Source: Deltaproteobacteria bacterium (GTDB lineage Bacteria > CALINM01). Taken from it: a stretch of 64,000 nt of DNA. The notes under the pieces are model-generated. The model worked only from the letters and a program-made list of their open reading frames with translations. It had not been told where the DNA came from and did no database searches. Numbering within the stretch: the stretch's first letter is position 1; each line of letters opens with the position of its first letter. The position numbers and the translations under genes were made by a program. This document shows positions 28,925 through 38,435 of the stretch, piece after piece. The stretch covers positions 1,500-65,499 of the forward strand of contig JBBIPZ010000011.1 in NCBI GenBank assembly GCA_037442505.1, written 5' to 3'.

Positions 28925-30415
28925 TTAATGCTCCTTCTTTGAGATTCTCTTTTTTTGTTTAACAATCTTTTTTAATTCTTTCACTTCAAGTCCAAAGTTA
29001 GTAACCTTTTTTCTGAGGGTGTTTCTATTAATACCTAATATTTCTGCGGCTTTAATCTGATTGCCCCCCGTCATTATAAGTATTTTTTTTATCAATGGTT
29101 TTTCCACCTGCGAAACAACAAATTCATAAACATCTTTCATTTCTCCGTCCTGTAGTAGCCTTATAAGCTCGTTAAGCTTCAAATCAACAATCTCTTCTAA
29201 GGAAAGTTCTTTCATCATATTTTCACGCTCTTTTTCGAATATTAAAAAAGGGAAATCATTTTTTTCAAGAACTGTCGAACGTGAAATTAAATAAGCTCTT
29301 TTAATAGCATTTAAAAGTTCTCTCACATTTCCAGGCCAAGAATATGACTTAAGAAACTTTAAAGCATCCTCTGAAATTGTTTTTTTTAATCCGTACTCAT
29401 TAGAGAGATTTTTGAGAAAATAGTTTATCAAAAGTGGTATATCGTCATATCTGTCACGTAAAGGTGGTAAAACAATAGAAATCTGGTTAAGTCGGTCATA
29501 AAGATCTGCTCTAAACATTTTGTTTTTTATCAGTTCTAATAAATCCTGATTGGTTGCAGCAATTATTCTAACATCAATACGTATAGGATTATTACCCCCC
29601 ACAGGTATAACCTCTTTCTCCTCTATCACACGCAATATTTTTGCTTGCAAATCAATAGACATATCGCCTATTTCATCAAGAAATAGAGTTCCATTATGTG
29701 CCAACTCAAACTTACCTATCTTTCTTTCTGTTGCACCTGTAAAGGCTCCTTTCTCATAGCCAAAAAGCTCACTTTCCAGCAGTTCTTTAGGGATCGCTGC
29801 ACAATTAACCGAGATAAACTGTTGATTTGCCCGTTTTCCGCTATTATGTATCGCCCTTGCAACAAGCTCTTTTCCAGTTCCTCTTTCGCCCTGTATCAAC
29901 ACCGTAATGTCACTATCTGCTATTTTACCAATGATCTTAAATATCTCATTCATAGCAGGGGTATTGCCAATTATATTCAGTTCATCTTCAACGTTATTTT
30001 TAGCATTTTTTTCTTTCGACTTTGCAGAACAAGTTTGTTCATATGACTTAATTGCCTTATCTGCAAGCTTTTCTATAGCTGAAATATCAAAAGGCTTGGT
30101 TATGTATTCAAAGGCACCCCTTTTCATCGCCTCTACGGCATTTTTCATTGTGCTTTGTGCCGTCATTACGATTACTGGTGTTTGAACATTAGAAGCCTTT
30201 ATCTGATTTAGCACATCAAGTCCAAAGATATCAGGCATTATTATATCCATAAAAATCAAATCATAGTTTTGATTTGCAATTTTTTCGAGAGCTTCTTTTC
30301 CCGTATAGGCTTCATCAACAATAAAATCTTTACTCGCAAACAAACGCTTCAACACCCAACAAATATTCTTTTCGTCGTCTACAACAAGAATTTTTTTTGT
30401 TTTATCAAGCGTCAT
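28925..30415 (-). CDS. ntrC: NtrC-like sigma54 response regulator
   Basis: REC domain; GERGTGKE; ESELFGYEKGAFTGA; WPGNVREL; GGNQIKAAEILGINRNTLRKK; paired with a cytoplasmic PAS kinase. Orthology to NtrC is inferred. Confidence 0.82.
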   Translation of the reverse strand: MTLDKTKKILVVDDEKNICWVLKRLFASKDFIVDEAYTGKEALEKIANQNYDLIFMDIIMPDIFGLDVLNQIKASNVQTPVIVMTAQSTMKNAVEAMKRGAFEYITKPFDISAIEKLADKAIKSYEQTCSAKSKEKNAKNNVEDELNIIGNTPAMNEIFKIIGKIADSDITVLIQGERGTGKELVARAIHNSGKRANQQFISVNCAAIPKELLESELFGYEKGAFTGATERKIGKFELAHNGTLFLDEIGDMSIDLQAKILRVIEEKEVIPVGGNNPIRIDVRIIAATNQDLLELIKNKMFRADLYDRLNQISIVLPPLRDRYDDIPLLINYFLKNLSNEYGLKKTISEDALKFLKSYSWPGNVRELLNAIKRAYLISRSTVLEKNDFPFLIFEKERENMMKELSLEEIVDLKLNELIRLLQDGEMKDVYEFVVSQVEKPLIKKILIMTGGNQIKAAEILGINRNTLRKKVTNFGLEVKELKKIVKQKKRISKKEH

Positions 30416-31470
30416 AGATGCTCCTTCATTGGGAGAAAGATGCTTATTTTGGTCCCACTATTTTTCTTGCTTTCTACGTTGATAAAGCCCGAGTGGTCTA
30501 AAATTACCTTTTGAGCATATACCATTCCTAAACCAGTGCCACCTTGTTTGGTTGTAAAGAAAGGAGTGAATAAATGTTTTAAATCTTCTTCTGTAATGCC
30601 ATAGCCCGTGTCTGTGACCTCTATGAGTAAATAGTTGTATTCTTTTTTGTTTTCACGAGATTTCATATCTAACAACACTTTAATTTTTACTGTGACCTTG
30701 CCTCCAATAAAACAGGCTTCTACTGCATTTTTAATTATATTAAAAAGAGCCTTATGAATGCTCTCTTTGTCTCCACAAAAATCTGGAAACGTTGAGTCAT
30801 ACTCTTTTAAAATTACTAACTTTTTTTCTAATATCATTGGCCTTAAAGATTCAATTATATTCTGTACAACATCCAGAATGTTAAATATTTCTATGTTAAT
30901 CTTCTGAGGCGCAGAATAATCAAGAAGGGATTGAATTATCGTTTCAATTCTTGAAAGCTCTGTAAATATGATTTCAAATGCTTCTGCTTCGTTCTTGCCA
31001 ACTCCATCTTTTTTCATTAATTGCAAAATACCTTTTATAACTCCTAAAGGATTTTTAATTTCGTGTGCCATGCTTGCAAATAAAGTTGCCAGTTTTTCTA
31101 CATGAGCTTGCTGTTGTTTTGTTGATTCTATAGATTTAAAAAAAGAACAATCTTCCAAAATTATGACAATATCGCCATCCTTAGAAAGTAAAGGAATCAG
31201 GTAAAAGTTCAATAAAAACCTCTTACCAAAATAGTTTATAAAGGGTTCTTCATAAACACGTGCAACTTTACCCTCTTGTTTCACCTTTAAAAAGATGTCT
31301 TTAATTTTTTGAGAAAACGATAATTCGTCAAAAGGTTTTTTTAGCTTGTTTAAAGAGAGCCCCAAAATATTTTCAGCAGATGTGTTAACGTAACATATTT
31401 TATCTTCAGAATAAAGCAAAATACCAAAAGGGAGCTGTTCTAAAATTTTATCGTAAATACTTGTTTTCAT
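30412..31470 (-). CDS. ntrB: NtrB-like cytoplasmic PAS histidine kinase
   Basis: PAS (YVNTSAENILG), H-box MAHEIKNPL, NIIKNAVEA, FTPFFTTKQGGTGLG; no TM. ATG at 31470 preferred over TTG at 31479. Confidence 0.8.
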   Translation of the reverse strand: MKTSIYDKILEQLPFGILLYSEDKICYVNTSAENILGLSLNKLKKPFDELSFSQKIKDIFLKVKQEGKVARVYEEPFINYFGKRFLLNFYLIPLLSKDGDIVIILEDCSFFKSIESTKQQQAHVEKLATLFASMAHEIKNPLGVIKGILQLMKKDGVGKNEAEAFEIIFTELSRIETIIQSLLDYSAPQKINIEIFNILDVVQNIIESLRPMILEKKLVILKEYDSTFPDFCGDKESIHKALFNIIKNAVEACFIGGKVTVKIKVLLDMKSRENKKEYNYLLIEVTDTGYGITEEDLKHLFTPFFTTKQGGTGLGMVYAQKVILDHSGFINVESKKNSGTKISIFLPMKEHL

Positions 31471-31471
31471 A

Positions 31472-31906
31472 TCAATCAATTGTCTCTAAAATCATGCCTA
31501 CTCTTACCAATCCGCCCTTCAAAACTTTACAAAAGATACCTTCTTTTGGCATCACACAATCACCAACAGTTTTATATATGTTGCATTTTGTGTGACAGAT
31601 CTTGCCATGTTGACTTACCTCAAGTAAAACATCTCCAACTGTTAGTTTTGTACCGATAGGTAAAGCAAGCAAATCAATGCCCTCTGTAGTTATATTCTCA
31701 GCAAAATCACCAGCTTTAACATCCAGCCCCATTTTTTGCATTTTTTCTATGCTTTCCTGTGCCAGAAGGCTTACCTGCCTTATTCCACCTTCTGCATGGG
31801 CGTCTCCTTCTATGCCTTTTTGTTCTATCAGCATTGCTTCATTAACAGGCCTCTTTTTAATAGATTTCTTTTCACAAACATTAATCGAAATAATTTTCCC
31901 TTTCAT
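31472..31906 (-). CDS. MOSC domain protein
   Basis: GIEGDAHA, RQVSLLA, GDFAENITTEG, GKICHTKC, CVMPKEGIF. Confidence 0.92.
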   Translation of the reverse strand: MKGKIISINVCEKKSIKKRPVNEAMLIEQKGIEGDAHAEGGIRQVSLLAQESIEKMQKMGLDVKAGDFAENITTEGIDLLALPIGTKLTVGDVLLEVSQHGKICHTKCNIYKTVGDCVMPKEGIFCKVLKGGLVRVGMILETID

Positions 31907-31921
31907 TTTTCCTCCAATTTA

Positions 31922-34162
31922 CTAATTTCTAATGTGATTTGCCTTTATAATAAGTTCATCATAATCTTCTCCATCTTCTGGAAATCTGGCAAAACCATAT
32001 CTTACAGTAACCACTTGATCTATCAGATGTTTTGGATCCCAATCTTCTTTTTCGAACATCTTTTTTAATCTGAAGATTATTTCTAATGTTTTCTCATCAG
32101 CATCCACCAAAACCACACCAAATTTATTTACGTTTAACCTTGCTACAACCTCAAAACTTCTTATCTTTTCTCTTATCTGTGTGGCAATACTTTTAATAAT
32201 GTTATCAGTAGTTTTTTTACCGTAAGCATTTAGATATTTTTCGTATGGTTCAAATTCTCCCACGAGAATTATCACCCTTTTCCCATGTCTTTTTGCCCTC
32301 ATCACCTCATCATAAACACGGCTTTCAAAGTATCTAAAGTTAGGCAACCCGGTAAGCGCATCAAAAAACTCTTCATCTTTAAATGCCCTTTTTCTATGTA
32401 AATCGCTTAAGAGCTCTGCAGCCTTTTCAAAAAGTTTTAGTATGAAGTTTTTATCTGATTTCGAAAATACCTCACCTATTATTTTACCTTCACTGTTATA
32501 AAAAGAAAATGTCATATAAATTTGTTCGTTAAAATGTAACGGCGCTATTAAAAAACTGTGAACAGCATGAGAATATATAAAAAACTGTTTGTCTTTGTTT
32601 GTATTTTTTACCAATGCTATTTCTCCGTTTGTAAGAACTGTCTTTTTAACTATTTCACGGTCAATCTGGAAAAACTCTTTTTTTATTATTCCATCCATAC
32701 CATAAACATCTTTAACCACATAAGATTTTCTATCCTCGTCGTAGATTCTAAAAACACCGATTTTTGCATCTAACTCTTTTGCAAGATTGTGTAATATATA
32801 AGAGCCAAACGCAACAGGATTATCAAAAAGTGTAAGTTCTGACACAAGTTTATCAATAAGTTCTTTGCGTCTATTTTGTTCTATCAACCCCTCTTTTTGA
32901 TAACTTAAAGAAATTAGCCTCGAAATTTGTGATGCCAATTCTTTAAAAAAGCTTGTTTTTTCGTTACACTCTTTTTCAAAATTTATAATTGATAACACTC
33001 CAAAGCATGTATCACCATCTATTAAAGGCAAGGATAGATATCCTTTAAAACCTTCACAATCAGGTTCGATAAAGCATATCTCTTTTTTATCCAGGAAAAC
33101 TTTGCGTTCTATAGTATTCTCCGAAAGCACATCACTAAACTCTAAAAAAGGCAGGTTTGTACTAACAGATTCAGAATACTCATCACCACCATAAATAGCT
33201 ATTAACGAATGAACGCCAAAAACTTCTTTGAAATATCCAACGATCTTGTTAAGTTTATCTTGAATAGGCAATTTTTCTGATATTATTTTTGATAATTCGG
33301 AAACAGTTTTAAACATCTTCGCATCTTCTCTGTATTCTGTGAAACTTTTAGATGTAAAAAGTATATCCGTAATAACCTTTGATACATCAACAACAAACGT
33401 GAGGTCTTTTTCTGAAAACGCATTAATGTTATTTTGATTGGCTAAATTCAGTACACCTACTAAATTATTTTCTTTAACCAACGGAACACATATCGCAGAC
33501 TTTATATCTTCACGTTTTCTTAATTTTTTAAAGTTTCTGTCATCGGGACTTCCGCTAATAATAACAGGTTTTTTTGTATTGGCAACAGTTCCTGCAATCC
33601 CCTCTCCGAGTGGTATCTTTACAAAATCCCATAAAATTCTATCTATACCATAAGCCATTGCAATCTTTAAAACACTCTCCTTATTGTCAAAAAGCATTAT
33701 AGAGCCTCTTGTAGCACCGATATAACTACAAAGCCCTCTTAATATTTCGTTTAGTAATTTTTCTCTATCGAAAAGCATAGATATGTTATTAGCTATATTC
33801 TTAAGTTCAGAAACAATTTTAAGATAGTCTTTTTTTGTAGATGTCTCTAAAGCAGGAAGCTCATAAAGAAATGCTGCAGAAGTACCACTGATTACCTTAA
33901 TATTATCCAAGCCCAACTTAATTAGTTGATTTTTTAATGACTCATCATCATCTACGTTCAGTATCGCAAAGATACTATCTTTCTCAGCCATAATATCCTT
34001 TAAGCTGCTTTTTATAATTTTTTTTGGAATATCTGAGTTCTGAATATAATTTCTATTTTCGGGAACGATAACATACAAAACCTCTACATTCTTTTCATTC
34101 AAGATGGCATTATACAGAGAAACTACCTTTTCACTACTGCCATAAAGGACAATCTTATACAT
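31922..34162 (-). CDS. Multi-GAF (three) protein with C-terminal degenerate GGDEF domain
   Basis: GAF1 RGSIML...GEGIAG...ICVPL...GVLNL; two further GAF-like repeats; DALTGLPNFRYF; signature site reads NVNKF. Start ATG at 34162 lies 1 nt after the upstream stop. Confidence 0.87.
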   Translation of the reverse strand: MYKIVLYGSSEKVVSLYNAILNEKNVEVLYVIVPENRNYIQNSDIPKKIIKSSLKDIMAEKDSIFAILNVDDDESLKNQLIKLGLDNIKVISGTSAAFLYELPALETSTKKDYLKIVSELKNIANNISMLFDREKLLNEILRGLCSYIGATRGSIMLFDNKESVLKIAMAYGIDRILWDFVKIPLGEGIAGTVANTKKPVIISGSPDDRNFKKLRKREDIKSAICVPLVKENNLVGVLNLANQNNINAFSEKDLTFVVDVSKVITDILFTSKSFTEYREDAKMFKTVSELSKIISEKLPIQDKLNKIVGYFKEVFGVHSLIAIYGGDEYSESVSTNLPFLEFSDVLSENTIERKVFLDKKEICFIEPDCEGFKGYLSLPLIDGDTCFGVLSIINFEKECNEKTSFFKELASQISRLISLSYQKEGLIEQNRRKELIDKLVSELTLFDNPVAFGSYILHNLAKELDAKIGVFRIYDEDRKSYVVKDVYGMDGIIKKEFFQIDREIVKKTVLTNGEIALVKNTNKDKQFFIYSHAVHSFLIAPLHFNEQIYMTFSFYNSEGKIIGEVFSKSDKNFILKLFEKAAELLSDLHRKRAFKDEEFFDALTGLPNFRYFESRVYDEVMRAKRHGKRVIILVGEFEPYEKYLNAYGKKTTDNIIKSIATQIREKIRSFEVVARLNVNKFGVVLVDADEKTLEIIFRLKKMFEKEDWDPKHLIDQVVTVRYGFARFPEDGEDYDELIIKANHIRN

Positions 34163-34163
34163 A

Positions 34164-35198
34164 TTAATTCTCTCCAAACTCAAATTTTAGTTTAATTTTT
34201 AAAGATTTTTCTGTTTTACCGAAACTAAACTTAAGAGGTATCTCTATCTCACTCTCACTAACAGATGGATTTTGTAATTCCACTTTGAACTCATCTTCTA
34301 TAACTTGCTTTTCTTCGTATGTTAAAGCCTGCTGGGATAAAATATTGTTTTCAAATACTTTTGGTGCTTCTTCGCTTACAGCTTCTCGTTCAGGCTCTTT
34401 TTTAATCTCATCAAAAAGTTCTAATTCTTCCTCAATTTCATGTTCTTCGCTCTTTTCCTCTTCAACCTTTTCAGTTTCTGTCTCTCCTAATAAATCGAGC
34501 ATTTTAAGAGCTTCATCTGAATAATCTTCAGGCAGATATGCAGCTCTTTTTTTAACTTCTTCTGATTCTTTTTTTACTTCAGGCTCCTCTTCAGCTGTAA
34601 CAGAAGCAAATTCAGATGAATCCTTAAGCTTTTTCATAACTAACCGACAAATAGCTGTTAATGTTTCAAGCACACCTTTACCTTCTGTAGCTACGGCCTG
34701 AAAAAAAGGCACTTTAAATTTATTTAACTGAGCGTATAGCTCTTCTAAATCCATAACATCAGGTAAATCTCTTTTATTAAACTGAATCACAAATGGCATA
34801 TCTTTAAAATTTTTGCCATGTTCTTTTAAGTTATCTTCCAGATTTTTAAGACTTTCTAAATTGTCTTCTAACATCTGTTTTTGAGAGTCAGCAACAAACA
34901 CAATACCATCTACGCCCTTTAAAACCATTTTTCTTGTAGTGTTATAAAAAATTTGGCCGGGAACAGTATAAAGATGAAAACGTACTTTATAACCTCCAAT
35001 CTCGCCCATATTAATAGGCAAAAAATCAAAAAAAAGAGTCCTATCCGTTTGCGTGGCAAGACTGATAAGTTTACCCCTGCTTTCTGGCTTCAACTTTTTG
35101 TGAATGTAAACAATATTAGTAGTTTTCCCAGATAAACCAGGACCGTAATAAACGATTTTTGCATTTACTTCTTTGTTCGTGTAGTTAATAAAAGCCAT
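34164..35198 (-). CDS. MglA-family small Ras-like GTPase with long acidic C-terminal extension
   Basis: KIVYYGPGLSGKTTN, DRTLFFDF, LYTVPGQ, GVDGIVFVADS, NKRD, AVA; about 150 extra residues, Glu-rich. Confidence 0.92.
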   Translation of the reverse strand: MAFINYTNKEVNAKIVYYGPGLSGKTTNIVYIHKKLKPESRGKLISLATQTDRTLFFDFLPINMGEIGGYKVRFHLYTVPGQIFYNTTRKMVLKGVDGIVFVADSQKQMLEDNLESLKNLEDNLKEHGKNFKDMPFVIQFNKRDLPDVMDLEELYAQLNKFKVPFFQAVATEGKGVLETLTAICRLVMKKLKDSSEFASVTAEEEPEVKKESEEVKKRAAYLPEDYSDEALKMLDLLGETETEKVEEEKSEEHEIEEELELFDEIKKEPEREAVSEEAPKVFENNILSQQALTYEEKQVIEDEFKVELQNPSVSESEIEIPLKFSFGKTEKSLKIKLKFEFGEN

Positions 35199-36274
35199 CA
35201 GCCCTTCCTTGTAACCATAATTTTTCTTGCAATAGTTGCTAATTGTGATGATACATTTCTGCTCTTTGCCACAGTAGCAAGGTCTTTAACACCTAAGGAA
35301 GGTAAAAATTTTATTGCATTTTGCAGCGGAGTTTTAGGATTCAGTACAAGATTCAGCTTTACATTGTAATTTTGTGTCCAGTTTCTATCGTTCGCTATCA
35401 TCCGTATTATATCATCAGGCAGATTTTTGTCCTGAGAAAACTTAATAATTTCGCCCTCCGTAATACGTGGATTTTTTAGAACAGCAGTGGAAACTAACTT
35501 ATTTGTATCTTTTATTAAAATACTTCTAACCTCTTTGTTTCCAAGAGAAGCCAGTTTAATCTTTTCAGCCACGCCCATTTTTGCAATTTTACCAGCGATA
35601 CTTCTTTTTTTCTCTTCATCATCCTCCTTAACTTCATCAACGAACTGCTTATAATTTTCCTCTTTTTTCTTTTCTATAGCGGTAGTTTTTTTAACAGGTA
35701 TCGAAGATGTATTATTAGCTTTATCTGTTGTAGCCGGTTTATCTTGTTTAAACACTTCATCTGTTTTACTCGAATCAACTTTTTCGCCAGATGTTTTAGG
35801 TTGTTTGTAATGTAAGACTTTCACGTAATGCTCTTTTGGAAGTGCAGTATTATTCAACAGATTATCAATCGTTCCCGAGTCTTTTGACCATTTTTCTTCA
35901 TTCTTGAGCAATATCTCTAATATATCAGTTTTGGGCAGTTTAGAAAAAAGTCTTATTGCCTTTATAGGAACATTTTGGTGTAACAGTATATTCTGTAAAA
36001 CGTCTAAATCCTTTTGAAAAACATAGGATAAAAAATAAAGTTCTTGTTCACCAGGAATATCTGTTAGTAAAAAATTTTTAATCAATGTGCGGGGCATCTT
36101 TTCTAAAACTTCTATACATTTTTCTCTTATGCCATCGCTATTTTCTATGGCATATCTAACTATTATGTAAATCAGCTCATTTGGTGGCAGAGGAAATTTT
36201 CCCTCTACCACCATAAACTTAATCTCTTTTTTTTGTTCTAAAAGCAGTTTTTGAGCAATCTCTGAAAGCTTCAT
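35198..36274 (-). CDS. Conserved hypothetical protein with two helical-repeat (HEAT/LRV-like) domains and a charged linker
   Basis: EGKFPLPP N-domain; C-domain KIKLASLGNKEVRSILIKD...AVLKNPRIT...LVLNPKTP; stop/start overlaps with both neighbours. Confidence 0.8.
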   Translation of the reverse strand: MKLSEIAQKLLLEQKKEIKFMVVEGKFPLPPNELIYIIVRYAIENSDGIREKCIEVLEKMPRTLIKNFLLTDIPGEQELYFLSYVFQKDLDVLQNILLHQNVPIKAIRLFSKLPKTDILEILLKNEEKWSKDSGTIDNLLNNTALPKEHYVKVLHYKQPKTSGEKVDSSKTDEVFKQDKPATTDKANNTSSIPVKKTTAIEKKKEENYKQFVDEVKEDDEEKKRSIAGKIAKMGVAEKIKLASLGNKEVRSILIKDTNKLVSTAVLKNPRITEGEIIKFSQDKNLPDDIIRMIANDRNWTQNYNVKLNLVLNPKTPLQNAIKFLPSLGVKDLATVAKSRNVSSQLATIARKIMVTRKG

Positions 36275-38355
36275 TATCCTTCCGATTTCTCTTTTTTTGC
36301 TTGTTGGATTATCTTTTCACTTAAATGTGTCGGTACTTCCTCATAATGAGAAAATTTTACCGTAAACAAAGCCTTTCCACTCGTCAAAGATTTTAAGTCA
36401 TTAGCATATTTAAGTATTTCAGCCATTGGAACTTTGGCTCTAATAATCTGGCTGTTAGCCTTTGGCTCAACACCTACAACATGCCCCCTTTTGCTATTAA
36501 TATCTCCTATTATATCCCCCATGCATTCATCCGGTGTTATTACCTCTAAATCCATAATTGGTTCAAGCAAAACAGGATTTGCATTTTGGGCTGCTTTTTG
36601 AAATGCCATTGAACCAGCTATTTTAAAAGCCATTTCTGAGGAATCAACAGGATGAAACGAACCATCATATAATCTAACCCTTACATCAACGGTAGGAAAT
36701 CCAGCAATAACACCTTCCTGCATCGCTTCAACAATACCTTTCTCAACCGCTGGTATATACTGCTTTGGTATAACACCACCAACTATATTATCAATAAATT
36801 CAAAACCTGCACCTCGAGGTAGAGGCTCTATTTCAATCCAGCAATCCCCATACTGTCCTCTTCCACCTGACTGTTTCTTGTATTTTCCTTGTGCCTGTGC
36901 CCTGATCTTTATAGTTTCTTTATAAGGAACTTTAGGCGTTTTTAGTTCTACTTCAACTCCATACTTTCTTTTCATTTTTTCGAGAGTAATTTCTATGTGT
37001 GTCTGACCTACTCCAGAAAGAAGAAACTCTTTCGTTTGCTCATTCATAGAAAAGCCAATCGTTGGGTCTTCATCAATAATTTTTTGAATTGATTGACTTA
37101 ATTTGTCTTCATCAGCTCTTGTTTTAGGCACAACCGCAAAAGAAATCACCGGTTCAGGAATATCTGGTGCTTTATAAAGTATAGGGGCATTTTCATCACA
37201 AAGGGTGTCGCCTGTCTTAACATCTTTTAATTTTGGTAAAGCAACAATATCACCAGCACAAGCTTGATTTACAGGTTTAAATTTTTTCCCTTCTATAATC
37301 ATAATATTCCCTATGCGTTCCCTGTTTCCAGTTTTCGCATTAAGAACGGTTGTTTCTGGCGTCATCTTGCCTGAAAAGACACGCATAACTGAAACTTTAC
37401 CTGTAAAGGCATCAACATAAGTTTTAAATATAAATCCAGAAAAAGGTGCATCTGGCACCCTTTTTCTTCTTTCTTCCTGCTTGGTTACAGGGTTTATACC
37501 AATAGTATCTGGTACTTCGTCAGCAGACGGCAATGTCAAATTTACCCAGTTTAAAAGATGAGCTACTCCAATATTTTTGTAAGCAGAACCACACAATACA
37601 GGAATAAACTGATGTGTCTGAGCCCCTAACTTAAGGGCAGCTATAATCTCTTCGTTTGATATTTCCTGCCCTTCTAAATACTTTTCTGTCAACTCATCAC
37701 TTACTTCAGCAACCTTTTCTACAAGAAAATCTCTGAGCCTTTCAACCTCTGATTCTATCTCTTTGGGAATCTCACCTTTTTTATATGTTCCCGAGCCATT
37801 TTCATCAAAATAAAAGGCTTCTTTAGTTAAAAGCTCTACAAAACCCTTAAAATCAGACTCTTGCCCAATTGGGTACTGTAACGGCACTGGAGTTACCTTA
37901 AGCTCTTTCTCCAAATCATCAACCGCTTTCAAAAAGTCCGCCCTCTCTCTGTCCATCTTGCTCACAAAAGCTATTCTTGGAATACGCCATTCCTCCAACA
38001 AATTCCATAATGTATGCGTTTCAACCTTTACTCCTGATATTGCACTTATAATTACCACAGCACCAGTTGCAGCTTTGAGACAAAATTCCGTATCTTTCAA
38101 AAAGTTAGCATAACCTGGCGTGTCGATTATATTTATGTAATTTTTATTCCAGAGTATGTGATGAAAGGCAGAAGAAATACTTATTTTTCTTTCAATCTCT
38201 TCAGGTTCAAAATCAAAAACAGTTGTACCATCATCAACTTTTCCCATCTTTTCTGTAACTTTCGCATTGAAAAGCATTGCCTCAGCAAGTGTTGTTTTTC
38301 CGGCTCCCCCATGCGCAACTAATGCAATGTTCCATCTTTTTTCAAAATCTGCCAT
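36274..38355 (-). CDS. fusA: Elongation factor G paralogue (EF-G2 type)
   Basis: Full five-domain EF-G layout (KYKKQSGGRGQYG, DGSFHPVDSSEMAFK, LLEPIM) with a divergent G-domain: AHGGAGKTT, EEIERKISI, DTPGY, SKMD; not in an rpsL-rpsG-fusA-tuf operon. Confidence 0.92.
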   Translation of the reverse strand: MADFEKRWNIALVAHGGAGKTTLAEAMLFNAKVTEKMGKVDDGTTVFDFEPEEIERKISISSAFHHILWNKNYINIIDTPGYANFLKDTEFCLKAATGAVVIISAISGVKVETHTLWNLLEEWRIPRIAFVSKMDRERADFLKAVDDLEKELKVTPVPLQYPIGQESDFKGFVELLTKEAFYFDENGSGTYKKGEIPKEIESEVERLRDFLVEKVAEVSDELTEKYLEGQEISNEEIIAALKLGAQTHQFIPVLCGSAYKNIGVAHLLNWVNLTLPSADEVPDTIGINPVTKQEERRKRVPDAPFSGFIFKTYVDAFTGKVSVMRVFSGKMTPETTVLNAKTGNRERIGNIMIIEGKKFKPVNQACAGDIVALPKLKDVKTGDTLCDENAPILYKAPDIPEPVISFAVVPKTRADEDKLSQSIQKIIDEDPTIGFSMNEQTKEFLLSGVGQTHIEITLEKMKRKYGVEVELKTPKVPYKETIKIRAQAQGKYKKQSGGRGQYGDCWIEIEPLPRGAGFEFIDNIVGGVIPKQYIPAVEKGIVEAMQEGVIAGFPTVDVRVRLYDGSFHPVDSSEMAFKIAGSMAFQKAAQNANPVLLEPIMDLEVITPDECMGDIIGDINSKRGHVVGVEPKANSQIIRAKVPMAEILKYANDLKSLTSGKALFTVKFSHYEEVPTHLSEKIIQQAKKEKSEG

Positions 38356-38435
38356 AGTTACCCCCTTTTGTTTTTTTCGATAAAGTCATAAATAAATTTA
38401 TCACAAATTAAATAACTTTCTATAATCTTTTTTGA

